Positions 21,068 through 30,620 of a stretch of 64,000 nucleotides of DNA are shown piece after piece (position 1 is the first letter of the stretch; each line of letters starts with the position of its first letter). The notes below the pieces were generated by a model. The model ran no database searches. It was given only the letters and a program-made list of their open reading frames with translations, and was not told the origin of the DNA. The position numbers and the translations under genes are program-made. The stretch lies in NCBI GenBank assembly GCA_963825005.1, contig CAWGRP010000015.1, positions 65,748 to 129,747 of the forward strand, given 5' to 3'. The DNA is from an uncultured delta proteobacterium (GTDB taxonomy: Bacteria > Desulfobacterota > Syntrophorhabdia > Syntrophorhabdales > WCHB1-27).

Positions 21068-22018
21068 TTATGGCACGATATGCGTGCCTCTGCCGCTGAC
21101 CACCGCATCTTTCAGGCGTTCCGGTGAAGTGATGATGACTTCGCGCCCTCCGCCTCTCAAAAAACGCAGGGCTGCCTCAACCTTGGGTAACATGCTGCCC
21201 GGGGCAAAGTGCCCTTCCGCCTCGTATTGCTCGGCCTCGCGAACCGTCATCTTGTTGATAGACCTCTGATTCGGCTTGCCAAAGTTCAGGGCGACTTCTT
21301 CCACCTCTGTCGAAATAATGAAAAGAGGGACATCCAACTGGATGGCCAGCAGGCTGCTCGCCAGGTCTTTATCGATCACGGCGTCCACACCTTCCAGACC
21401 GTGGTTTGTTCTGACAACCGGGATGCCACCGCCCCCAACGGTTACAACGTGGTACCCGCTCTGCAGCAAGGCCACGACTACTTGCTTTTCGACCACTTCC
21501 CGCGGCTCCGGCGAGGGCACTACGCGGCGCCAGCCACGTCCTGCGTCCTGAACAAGTGTCCAGTCCGGATTATCCTGGCGGATGGCTCCTATCTGCCCAT
21601 CGTCAAAGAACTCGCCCACCGGTTTGGACGGATTCTGAAAGCCCGGGTCGTCTTTGTCCACCACTACCTGCGTAACCACAGTGACGCACTGTCCCTTTAC
21701 CGAGCGCCTTGCCAGCTCGTTATTCAACGACTGCTGAATCTGGTAACCGATGGAGCCCTGGGTGTCGGCTACCACGTTGACGAGCGGAACCGGATGCAGT
21801 CCGGTCAGGCGGCGTGCAACCTCGGATCGACGCAGGATGAATCCCACCTGGGGGCCGTTGCCATGAGAGATCACCAGTTGAAAGCCATGCTCGATCAGAT
21901 CCGCAAAGTGAAGAATCGTCTCCCGAATAGCCTGATGCTGATCTTCAACTCTCTTCAGTTCCTTGCTCTTGATGAGCGAGTTGCCGCCGATAGCAACGAA
22001 TATCAGCTTTTCGTTCAT
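21068..22018 (-). CDS. arcC: carbamate kinase
   Basis: MNEKLIFVAIGGNSL..., VISHGNGPQVG, typical length (~316 aa) when started at 22018. Confidence 0.85.
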   Translation of the reverse strand: MNEKLIFVAIGGNSLIKSKELKRVEDQHQAIRETILHFADLIEHGFQLVISHGNGPQVGFILRRSEVARRLTGLHPVPLVNVVADTQGSIGYQIQQSLNNELARRSVKGQCVTVVTQVVVDKDDPGFQNPSKPVGEFFDDGQIGAIRQDNPDWTLVQDAGRGWRRVVPSPEPREVVEKQVVVALLQSGYHVVTVGGGGIPVVRTNHGLEGVDAVIDKDLASSLLAIQLDVPLFIISTEVEEVALNFGKPNQRSINKMTVREAEQYEAEGHFAPGSMLPKVEAALRFLRGGGREVIITSPERLKDAVVSGRGTHIVP

Positions 22019-22026
22019 GGCGTCGA

Positions 22027-23242
22027 TTAGCCTCCGCTTTTGTTCAGGTATATAAGAGGCAACGCGGCGTAAAAGGCGGCGCAACGCACCAGATCAGCTT
22101 TCCAGGTCCTTTCATCCGGCGCATGAGCTTGCGATTCTTTGCCAGGGCCAAAGCCAACGACAGGGATGCCGAACATACCCATGATGGAGACGCCGTTGGT
22201 GGAGAAGGTCCACTTGTCGACCCTTGGCTGCTCCTTGAAAAGAGAGGTGTACGTCTCGACTGCCGACCGTGTCACCACGTGGTCCTCGGGAAGGACCCAT
22301 GTCGGGAAATAGCAATCGGTCTTGTAGACAAGCCCGGTGTAGGAAGGCCTGTCGTAGCCGTACAAAGATACCTCAGCCTGAGCTGCCTTGACGGCGGGAA
22401 GGTCTCTGATCTGCTTGAGGGCAAGTTCGCGGTCCTCACCCACGGTCAGCCGGCGGTCGATAGAGATGGTACAGCTGTCGGCAACCGCACAGCGCGATGG
22501 TGAGGTAAAGAAAATCTCCGAGACGGTTAGAGAGCCTTTACCCAGAAACGGATCCGTCTTCAGCCGTCCGTGCAAAGCTTCGAGTTCGCCCAGAATGCGG
22601 CCCATCTTGTAGATCGCGTTGTCGCCACGCTCGGGGGCAGACCCGTGGGCGCTTCTGCCGCTCACCTTCACCTTGATCTCCATGCGGCCCACGCTGACCG
22701 CGGTAGATGCCTCCGTCGGTGGGCTCTGTGGAGACGACAAACTCAGGCCTCATGCCCAACTCCTTGATGATATACTGCCAGCACAAACCGTCGCAGTCTT
22801 CTTCCTGGACGGTCCCGACCACTACCAGGGTGTAGTCGCCTTCCAGCCGCAGATCCTTCATGATCTTGCCTGCGTAGACCATGGAGGCCATGCCGCCCTC
22901 CTGGTCACTGGCCCCGCGGCCGATAATGATCTCATCGTCCTCAAAGCCTTCGTACGGATCGTACGTCCAATTGTCCTTGTTGCCCAAGCCTACGGTGTCG
23001 ATGTGCGCATCCATGGCGATCAAGTGTTTGCCGGTGCCGATGTAGCCGAGAACGTTGCCCATGGGATCGATCACCACCTTGTCGAATCCTACTTTTTCCA
23101 TCTCCTGCTTGATGCGTTCGACAACCGTTTTTTCGTCGCAGCTTTCGCTGGGAAGCCGGATCATGTCACGGAGGAATCGGGTCATATCGGGTTTGTAGCG
23201 CTCAGCCAGTTCCTTAATCTTTGCAAAGTCTAGAGACCCCAT
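22027..23242 (-). pseudogene. ygeY: YgeY-type M20 peptidase/hydrolase (selenium-metabolism-linked), single frame change
   Basis: N-half in ORF 22538-23242 ([16 protein letters not shown]). C-half in ORF 22027-22740 ([24 protein letters not shown]...). The junction [14 protein letters not shown] at ~22685-22690 needs removal of one C. Confidence 0.8.
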
Positions 23243-23268
23243 AAGTCAAACCCTCCCTGAATTAGACG

Positions 23269-24489
23269 TTAAAACGGCGACGGATATTTTCCGTGCCAGA
23301 TAATCTCACGGTAGTTGTCAGGATCAGTAGCGCCTTCGGTGTTAAAAAAGAGCAGGGTCGAATCGGGACCTATTTCCAGCTGCTCTTTCAGCTCTTTAAA
23401 TTTACTGGTGTTGCAGAACAGGTCCAGCAATCCCATGCCCACCGACCCCGACTCTCCGGACTCCACGCGGGTATCTCCTTCCAGGGGATTGGCAAGGATA
23501 CGAACCCCATTAGCAGCCACAAAGTCATCACAGCTCACGTAACAGCTGCAGAAGTCACGCAGTATCTCCCAGCCGATGGGGTTGGGTTCGCCGCACGCGA
23601 GCCCGGCCATCGCGGTGTTCAAACTACCGCTGACTGCATGAGGTCGTCCGTCTCCCGCGGCCGCGGATGCGAAAACGCATGCCGCGTTAGTAGGTTCCAT
23701 GGTTACGAACTTGGGCGGATTATCCTTGAACCTGTTAAGCAAGTATCCAACGACCGCTCCGGCTAGTGCCCCGACGCCGACCTGCACAAAAACGTGGGTG
23801 GGTGAAGCGCTCTCCTGTTTCATCTGGTTTACGGCTTCGTGGCACATGGTCAGATATCCCTGCATGATCCACAGCGGGATCTCGGTGTAGCCCTCCCATG
23901 AGGTATCCTGGATCACATACCAACCAAGTTCTTGCGCCGTGCGAAACGCAACACGGACTGCGTCATCGTAGTTCAGGTCGGTCACAATCACCTTTGCCCC
24001 GTGAGAACGGATGTTCTCGACCCTTGACCGGGCTGCGCCCTTGGGCATGTATATGATGGCCTTCTGGCCAAGCTGCTCGGCAGCCCAGGCAATGCCGCGG
24101 CCGTGGTTGCCGTCAGTGGCCATGGTCAAGGTAATCTCTCCGATGCTTTTCCGGGCTTCGTCGCTCACGAGGTAGGCGAAATCAATCTCGTCCAGGCTCT
24201 TACCTAACTTCTGGCACATGAGACGAGCAACGGCGTAGCTGCCGCCAAGGACTTTGAAAGCCTTGAGATTGAATCGTGTGGACTCGTCTTTTATAAATAC
24301 ATTTTTGAGTCCCCACGCCTTGGCAAGATTGCTCCAGCGTACCAGTGCGGTAGGCTCATACCCTGGAAGCTGCCGATGAAAGCGCTCAACCGTATGAGCC
24401 ACCTCTTCAGAAAAATCCACGGGCAGAGAACCACCCTTTGGAGCCTGGATAAGACACTTAAAACCATATTCCTCAATCTCCTTGATCAT
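23269..24489 (-). CDS. dpaL: diaminopropionate ammonia-lyase (PLP-dependent)
   Basis: KDESTRFNLKAFKVLGGSYA (PLP lysine), TATDGNHGRGIAWAA, IMAGLACGEPNPIGWEILR. Collinear with E. coli YgeX when started at MIKEIEE (24489). Confidence 0.9.
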   Translation of the reverse strand: MIKEIEEYGFKCLIQAPKGGSLPVDFSEEVAHTVERFHRQLPGYEPTALVRWSNLAKAWGLKNVFIKDESTRFNLKAFKVLGGSYAVARLMCQKLGKSLDEIDFAYLVSDEARKSIGEITLTMATDGNHGRGIAWAAEQLGQKAIIYMPKGAARSRVENIRSHGAKVIVTDLNYDDAVRVAFRTAQELGWYVIQDTSWEGYTEIPLWIMQGYLTMCHEAVNQMKQESASPTHVFVQVGVGALAGAVVGYLLNRFKDNPPKFVTMEPTNAACVFASAAAGDGRPHAVSGSLNTAMAGLACGEPNPIGWEILRDFCSCYVSCDDFVAANGVRILANPLEGDTRVESGESGSVGMGLLDLFCNTSKFKELKEQLEIGPDSTLLFFNTEGATDPDNYREIIWHGKYPSPF

Positions 24490-24508
24490 AAGCGCACCTT
24501 TCTTTCGT

Positions 24509-25159
24509 CTACCTGACGCTACGTACTTCCTTAAGGTAGTTGTAAATAGTGTAGCGGGACGCACCGAATACTTTGGCCACGTAGTCGACCGATCCTTTGA
24601 TCATGAACACACCGGACCGATCCAGTTTTCTGATAAGATCCTTTCTCTCCAGCTTGTCCATGGTGGCCGGCAACTTGCCGCACTCTGCAACCGTTGTGTC
24701 GATCACGGACTCCATGGTTTCTGAGAAGCTCTTGGTGTAATGTTCTTGGGGTGTGAAAGCCAGTTCACGGTCTGAGGTCTGGTTCAATGAACTGAAATCA
24801 GAAAAGCCCGTTGAAAGAAAAACGAAATCGGTGACATCGAAGTTAATACAGAGGCAACCCTCGACCTTGCCCTTCGTGTCGCGTACAAAGATAGTCGAGC
24901 ATTTAAGAAACTTGCCGTTGCCTGCCGTGTTTTTGTAGCCGACCTTGTCAGGGACTTTGTTCCCGAACTCTTTGAGCAGCCTGAAGGGCAGGTCCGTGAT
25001 GGGCGCTCCAACGGAGCGATTGGTGACGTTGCCCGCGATATAAACTACAGATCTGGCCATGTCGCTGAAATCATGAATCACCGCTTCGCACCGGTCACCG
25101 AAAACACCTACGATGCCGTCAGCCAAGCGCTTTAAGGATTCGAAGGTGGCCTTATGCAT
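24509..25159 (-). CDS. YheO-like PAS + HTH transcriptional regulator
   Basis: 216 aa; N-terminal YheO-type sensor region (CEAVIHDFSD...VVYIAGNVTNRSVGAPITD); C-terminal HTH (GSVDYVAKVFGASRYTIYNYLKE). First gene of the minus-strand cluster. Confidence 0.7.
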   Translation of the reverse strand: MHKATFESLKRLADGIVGVFGDRCEAVIHDFSDMARSVVYIAGNVTNRSVGAPITDLPFRLLKEFGNKVPDKVGYKNTAGNGKFLKCSTIFVRDTKGKVEGCLCINFDVTDFVFLSTGFSDFSSLNQTSDRELAFTPQEHYTKSFSETMESVIDTTVAECGKLPATMDKLERKDLIRKLDRSGVFMIKGSVDYVAKVFGASRYTIYNYLKEVRSVR

Positions 25160-25493
25160 GTCACAGTGTAAACGTAAAAAATTTTGTATGTCAACAAAAA
25201 AATTGTTTGCCGCGTATAAAAATATTTTAAGTGACCATTTTAATAAGTAACTGATCGACAGGTCATCTGTCTATAAGACTTTGGTCCTACGCGAGACATT
25301 ACCTCCGACGAATATACGTATGAGAGCGACGAGGTGACGGTGATTCTGAAAAAAGATTATACTGTTCCTAGAGCGGAGCTTAAAGGTAAAGGCGACACCA
25401 GCGTCGGTCTGCGCCATGCGGTAGTGATGGCGATCCTGTGATGAGTGCCGGCCTGTTGTTACCGCAGGCTTCTGCGTTGCAGGATTGAATTAC

Positions 25494-25793
25494 ATGGCAA
25501 TGCTGAGAATAGTATCTGGCGCAGATGAGGAAGGGACGGACAGGTTAGTACCCATGCCGTACGAGCAGATATCCGTGGAGCGTTACAGCGGCTTCAAGGC
25601 CGACGAACGCCCTGTGGCGTTCACCTTCCAGGAACGGCGCTGGGAGATTGCAGAAATTATCGATCGCTGGTATGAAGGGGGTCTCAAGGCGGGAAGTCCT
25701 CAGGCGAACTATTTCAAAGTCAGAACTACCGAAGGCACTCTTTTTCTTCTTCGCTACCTTTCACTTTTCGACGCCTGGTCCATCAAAACATAA
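25494..25793 (+). CDS. small conserved hypothetical protein
   Basis: ~100 aa ORF (..ERPVAFTFQERRWEIAEIIDRWYEGG...YFKVRTTEGTLFLLRY..); family not recognised. Confidence 0.4.
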   Translation: MAMLRIVSGADEEGTDRLVPMPYEQISVERYSGFKADERPVAFTFQERRWEIAEIIDRWYEGGLKAGSPQANYFKVRTTEGTLFLLRYLSLFDAWSIKT

Positions 25794-25817
25794 AGAGCCG
25801 CCAGCGAAAACAGTTAC

Positions 25818-25963
25818 CTGTGCATGTTTGTATTCTGCTGGAGACCGAGGCGGCAGCGAGGAGCCATCACCCGCAAGGCGGGTACCCGAGGCGTACTATA
25901 AGTACGTCGAGGAGCGCGACGCAGCGACAACGAAGGTATACGGCAGAATACAAACATGCACAG
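25818..25963. repeat. 146-bp element bounded by a perfect 21-bp inverted repeat; core shared with 49086-49160
   Basis: ctgtgcatgtttgtattctgc ... gcagaatacaaacatgcacag. The inner core ggcggcagcgaggag...aggcgtactataagtacgtcgaggagcgcgacgcagcgacaacgaaggtata recurs at 49086-49160. Confidence 0.8.
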
Positions 25964-26244
25964 GAGGAAAAAGCATACTGTCTTTTCAGGTTGACAGGGA
26001 CAGCATTCGCTGCTACCCTTAAAATACCCCTATTACGGCGACTCTCGTTATTTCCTGCTCAGGGGTGGGATATCCCCATGGAGCAATCGAGAAAAATCAT
26101 CCACCTCGGCCAGTCCATTCACAACTACAAATCCATACTCAAGACCCTCTTGGACCTACAGCAGATGGTGCGCGCGTTGTTCCTGAATAGAGCGCCCGAC
26201 AGGAAGAAAGCCGCTTACACAGCGTAAGCTCAAGGTACTGTGCT

Positions 26245-28110
26245 ATGAAAGCGCAAGCCGGAGTGCGAGGCCCGAAAAGCCACAATGAGGCCCTTCCCAA
26301 AAAGGGCACGGCGCAGGCGCCATCTCGCGCATGCGAAGAAAAGATTCTGCTGCACCAGGCCGGCCTGCGCAAAAAGGCAGAGAACCTGGCCCGGAAGGAT
26401 GTGACAACCGGCCACACCTTTGCATCGCAGCCTACACTTACACTCGAACATGAGCTTTCCGTTCACCAGATCGAGCTGGAGATGCAGAACGACGAGCTGC
26501 GCAAAATCAAGTGTGAGCTTGAGGCTTCGCAGGAAAAATATTTCGACTTCTATGACGGTGCGCCGGTGGGCTATATCACCCTCAATAGACACGGTTTAAT
26601 AGCTGACGCCAACCTCACCGCTGCTTCTCTGCTCGGTGTAGAGCGCAATGAGCTCATTAATAAGCCGTTCTTTTTGTTCATAGATCGTGACTGTCGCGAC
26701 GCCTTCTACCTGCACAAGCAGCAAGTACAGTACTCCCGCTGTGCACAGACGTGCAGGCTCGTGGTCAGGAGAAAAGACGGCTCGTTGTTCCATGCAGAAC
26801 TGGAGAGCGTCGCATCTGGTGCTGAGGGACACCCGGCCATGCGCACGCTGTTCTCCGACATCACTGAGCGCAAGCTCGCCCAAGAGGCGCTTGAAAAGGC
26901 GAATGATGCGCTCGAACAGCGCGAGCAGCAACGGACGGTCGAGCTGCAAAAAGCCTATCGGGCGCTTCAGCTTGAAGTGATACAGCGAAGGAAAGTGGAA
27001 TACGAGCTGCGAAACCTCACAGCCGCGATGGAGCAGGCGGTCGAAGGGGTCTTTGTCAATGCACCTGACGGCACTCTCCTCTATGTTAACAGCGCCTTCT
27101 GCCGCATGCTCGGTTATCGCGAGGAGGAGTTGCTGGACCGCTATGTCTGGGATACACGCGCCTGTGATCCTCACCAGGAGTCAGCGCATATCCGCGCGAT
27201 GGCAAACACCGGCAACATCTGGACCGGGCGTGTCACAAGACGGAGAAAAGACGGTACGCAGATTGAAACGGAGACGTCGGTCGGCCCGGTGAGGGACGCT
27301 GGCGGCACGATAATCAACCATGTCGGTGTCTGTAGAGACATCACGGCTCAGCTTCTCCTGGAGGAGCGGGTGCGCCAGTCGCAGAAGATGGAAGCTATCG
27401 GCACGCTCGCCGGCGGCATTTCCCATGACTTCAACAATATCCTGGCGGCCATCATCGGTTTTACCGAGCTGGTCATCGATGACGCGCCGGAAGGCAGCAC
27501 GATCAAGCGGAATATGAATCAGGTGCTGATAGCGGGCATGAGGGGGAAGGATCTGGCAAAACAGATTCTCACCTTCAGCCGCAAGAGAGACCCCGAGAGG
27601 GCTCCCCTTCACCTTACCCCGGCGGTTCTGGAAACGTTCAACCTGCTCAGATCATCGCTTCCCACAACCATCACCATGGATATTGTCACACAGGCCACGT
27701 CCGATGTGGTGTTTTCCGAACCCACAGAAATTACGCAACTCCTCATGAACCTGAGCCTGAATGCTGCCTACGCGATGCGGGAGAAAGGAGGCCGACTCGA
27801 GATTTCACTCGGCGATGCAGAATTCGGTCCGCACAAGTCCCATTCAGCCATTGCGCCTGGAGCATACCTTCAGATTCGGGTAAAGGACACCGGGTGCGGT
27901 ATGGATGAGGCAACAAGGAGCCGGATCTTCGAGCCGTTCTTTACAACGAAAGCGCGCGGTGAAGGCACGGGGCTTGGCCTTGCCGTGGTCCATGGCATTG
28001 TGGAGAGCCTCAAAGGGGTCATCGAAGTATCGAGCGAGCAAGGCAAAGGAACCACGTTCACCATCTTTTTGCCGAAGATCAGCCGCAGCAAAAAAGAGAA
28101 GGCAGGCTGA
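26245..28110 (+). CDS. PAS-domain sensor histidine kinase (orphan, cytoplasmic)
   Basis: Coiled-coil plus two PAS regions; H-box GISHDFNNILAAIIG; N-box LMNLSLNAAYAM; G-boxes DTGCGMD and GTGLGLAVV. Confidence 0.85.
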   Translation: MKAQAGVRGPKSHNEALPKKGTAQAPSRACEEKILLHQAGLRKKAENLARKDVTTGHTFASQPTLTLEHELSVHQIELEMQNDELRKIKCELEASQEKYFDFYDGAPVGYITLNRHGLIADANLTAASLLGVERNELINKPFFLFIDRDCRDAFYLHKQQVQYSRCAQTCRLVVRRKDGSLFHAELESVASGAEGHPAMRTLFSDITERKLAQEALEKANDALEQREQQRTVELQKAYRALQLEVIQRRKVEYELRNLTAAMEQAVEGVFVNAPDGTLLYVNSAFCRMLGYREEELLDRYVWDTRACDPHQESAHIRAMANTGNIWTGRVTRRRKDGTQIETETSVGPVRDAGGTIINHVGVCRDITAQLLLEERVRQSQKMEAIGTLAGGISHDFNNILAAIIGFTELVIDDAPEGSTIKRNMNQVLIAGMRGKDLAKQILTFSRKRDPERAPLHLTPAVLETFNLLRSSLPTTITMDIVTQATSDVVFSEPTEITQLLMNLSLNAAYAMREKGGRLEISLGDAEFGPHKSHSAIAPGAYLQIRVKDTGCGMDEATRSRIFEPFFTTKARGEGTGLGLAVVHGIVESLKGVIEVSSEQGKGTTFTIFLPKISRSKKEKAG

Positions 28111-28153
28111 GGCCGACCGGTAGATTAGTATAAGCCCTCTGCAAGAGCCGCTG

Positions 28154-28864
28154 TCACGTTCCCAGATAAGACTGTTTCACTTTATCGTCGTTCATCAGGC
28201 TCTCTCTGGGCCCTGTCAGGACGACGCTTCCCGTTTCGAGCACATAGCCGCGGTCTGCAATCCGCAGGGATTCGGCGGCATTCTGTTCAACGAGAAGAAT
28301 TGCTGTTCCCCGCCGCTTGATCTCCAGGAGGGTGTCCATGATATTCATGACCACCAGGGGAGCAAGCCCGAGGGAAGGCTCATCGAGCATGAGCAGACGA
28401 GGCCTCGACATCAGCGCTCTTCCTATGGCCACCATCTGCTGCTCGCCGCCGGACATGGTGCCGGCAATCTGTTTTCTTCTCTCTCTGAGCCGGGGAAAGA
28501 GTTCGTACACCTCATTCCGTGTTGCTTCTATGAGCGAGCCGTCTCTCCTGTGCACATACGCGCCGAGTTCGAGATTTTTCTGCACGGTCATTTCGGGAAA
28601 AAGCATTCTTCCTTCAGGGCAATGGGAAACCCCGCGCCTTACAATGATGTCAGGCGCAACCCTGTCGAGCCGTTCTCCATTGAACAGTATGATCCCTGAT
28701 GCAGGCGAGACGAGGCCTGATATGGTTCTGAGGAGCGTTGTCTTGCCGGAGCCGTTTGCACCGAGAATGGTGACTAGCTCTCCGGCGTCTACCGCGAGCG
28801 TAATGGAGCGAAGGGCCTGGAAGCTCCCGTAGCAGGTCTCTATTCCGTCAAGACTAAGCAACAC
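28154..28864 (-). CDS. livF: branched-chain amino acid ABC transporter ATP-binding protein (LivF type)
   Basis: Walker A GANGSGKTT, signature MSGGEQQM, Walker B LLMLDEPS. Confidence 0.85.
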   Translation of the reverse strand: MLLSLDGIETCYGSFQALRSITLAVDAGELVTILGANGSGKTTLLRTISGLVSPASGIILFNGERLDRVAPDIIVRRGVSHCPEGRMLFPEMTVQKNLELGAYVHRRDGSLIEATRNEVYELFPRLRERRKQIAGTMSGGEQQMVAIGRALMSRPRLLMLDEPSLGLAPLVVMNIMDTLLEIKRRGTAILLVEQNAAESLRIADRGYVLETGSVVLTGPRESLMNDDKVKQSYLGT

Positions 28865-30620
28865 GCCGCGCCCCCAGGTAAGCTTTGATTACCTCCTCGT
28901 TGCTTGCAACCTCGGCTGGTGTACCCTCCGCAATGTTGGTGCCGTAATTAAGAACGACGATGTGATCCGACATGCTCATGACCATGCGCATCTTGTGCTC
29001 GATGAGACAGACCGTGACACCAGATCGCTGAATTTGTTTGACCAGTTCAATGAGACCGCCGATCTCTTCCAGGTTGACGCCTCCGGTAGGCTCGTCAAGG
29101 AGCAGCAGTTTCGGTTCTGCTGCGAGGACCATGGCAATCGAGAGCCGTTTCTGCGCTTCTTCCGTCAGCTGTCCGGCGAGTCTCTCTTCCCTATGAGCCA
29201 GGCCCACAAACGCGAGCAGGGAGCGGGCCTTTTCCCTGACCTTCTCCTCTTCGCGCCGTACGCCCGCGGTTCGCAGTACCGCGCCCAAGACGCCCGTTTT
29301 GAGTCGAAGGGTTTGGCCTATGATCACGTTATCGAGCACGGTCTCGCTACCGAAAACAGTGGTCTTCTGGAAGGTGCGTCCGATGCCGCGGCGAGCTGCC
29401 TGGAACGGTTTGCATCCGGCGATATCATTACCTTCAAAGAGTATCGCTCCTGCTGTTGGCCGGTAAATTCCCGTGAGCAGGTTAAAGAGCGTGGTCTTTC
29501 CCGCGCCGTTCGGACCGATGATGCTGACGAGTTGCCCCTTCTCGATGCTGAAGGAGAGCCCGCTCACCGCCATGAGCCCGCCGAATGCCTTACTCAGGTT
29601 CGATACTTCAAGCAGCGCCATAGCGTCCTGCCTCTCTGATTTTTTTGCGCGGGCTCCAGTTCCGCCGAGAAGGCGAAGGGACCTCTTGAATCCGCCCATG
29701 ATGCCTGCCGGCAAGAAGACGATAAAGAGCAGCAGTATGATGCCATTGATGAAGGTCTTGAGGGAAGGCACGATCTGCAAACCTTCAGGTATGGCCATCA
29801 TCACGAACGTTCCCACGATAGGTCCTGCCATGGTCCCTGCTCCCCCGACGATCAGGCAGGCGAGAACGTCCATGCCACGCGCAAAATAAGCAAGGTCCGG
29901 GCTTATCACCACGTTGTACGACGCGTACAGAGAGCCCGCCACCCCGCAGAATATAGCGCTGATCGTGAAACTGATCAGCTTCTGACGCATGGTGTTGATG
30001 CCGAGAGATTCGGCCAGATTCTCATCGTGCGAGATGGCAATGAAGGTGCGCCCGACCAGCGAGTGCACGAGCCGATGACATATCGCGGTTATCAACACCA
30101 GAAAAAAAAGAATGAAATAGTACATGCTGAGCAGTGAATCAAACCGGAGCCGGCCACCCCAGGGGAACGGAATCGCATTCGGTCTCGGCATGCCGGCGAG
30201 ACCGTTGGCACCGCCTGTAAAGTCTACCCACGCAAGTATGATTACGCCTACTATAGCTGCAAAGCCGAGGGTTACCAGCACAAAGTAAGGCCCGCGCAGC
30301 TTGAGTGCAGGGATGCCGATCAGAAAACCAAACAGGCCGCTGATTGCAGTGGCCGCAAAGAACGCAGGCCAGAAACCCACGTGCAGCTTGATTGCGATGA
30401 GACCGAGCGCGTAGGCGCCTATTCCCAGAAAGGCGGAATGGCCCAGCGAAAGCTGGCCCGTATAGCCGTAGAGCAGGTTGAGGCTTATGGCAACGATCGA
30501 CCATATGGCAATGAGGAGAAGAATGCTCGTCAGGTATTCTCCCATGACGAGGGGAAGGAATATTGCCAGCGCCAGAGTCAGGAACCAGCCGATCCTTCCC
30601 GCGGAAAATAGTTTTTTCAC
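28854..30620 (-). CDS. fused LivM-type permease / LivG-type ATPase
   Basis: GTG 30620 (SD GGAGG; GTGA overlap with livH stop). ~330-aa permease (LSLGHSAFLGIGAY...) followed in frame by an ABC ATPase (GPNGAGKTT, LLLLDEPTGG). The upstream 171 codons of the track ORF are an out-of-frame read-through of livH. Confidence 0.8.
   Translation of the reverse strand: MKKLFSAGRIGWFLTLALAIFLPLVMGEYLTSILLLIAIWSIVAISLNLLYGYTGQLSLGHSAFLGIGAYALGLIAIKLHVGFWPAFFAATAISGLFGFLIGIPALKLRGPYFVLVTLGFAAIVGVIILAWVDFTGGANGLAGMPRPNAIPFPWGGRLRFDSLLSMYYFILFFLVLITAICHRLVHSLVGRTFIAISHDENLAESLGINTMRQKLISFTISAIFCGVAGSLYASYNVVISPDLAYFARGMDVLACLIVGGAGTMAGPIVGTFVMMAIPEGLQIVPSLKTFINGIILLLFIVFLPAGIMGGFKRSLRLLGGTGARAKKSERQDAMALLEVSNLSKAFGGLMAVSGLSFSIEKGQLVSIIGPNGAGKTTLFNLLTGIYRPTAGAILFEGNDIAGCKPFQAARRGIGRTFQKTTVFGSETVLDNVIIGQTLRLKTGVLGAVLRTAGVRREEEKVREKARSLLAFVGLAHREERLAGQLTEEAQKRLSIAMVLAAEPKLLLLDEPTGGVNLEEIGGLIELVKQIQRSGVTVCLIEHKMRMVMSMSDHIVVLNYGTNIAEGTPAEVASNEEVIKAYLGARRVA

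Noticed and set aside
25189-25194. TTGACA on the reverse strand about 30 nt upstream of the YheO-like regulator ATG, which could indicate a leaderless or near-leaderless transcript.
   Set aside because: No convincing -10 element at the right spacing, so this is too speculative to report as a promoter.
25277-25441. Open frame ..DITSDEYTYESDEVTVILKKDYTVPRAELKGKGDTSVGLRHAVVMAIL* in the gap upstream of 25494.
   Set aside because: No usable start codon or RBS, and no recognisable family. It may be a gene fragment, but I cannot support it.
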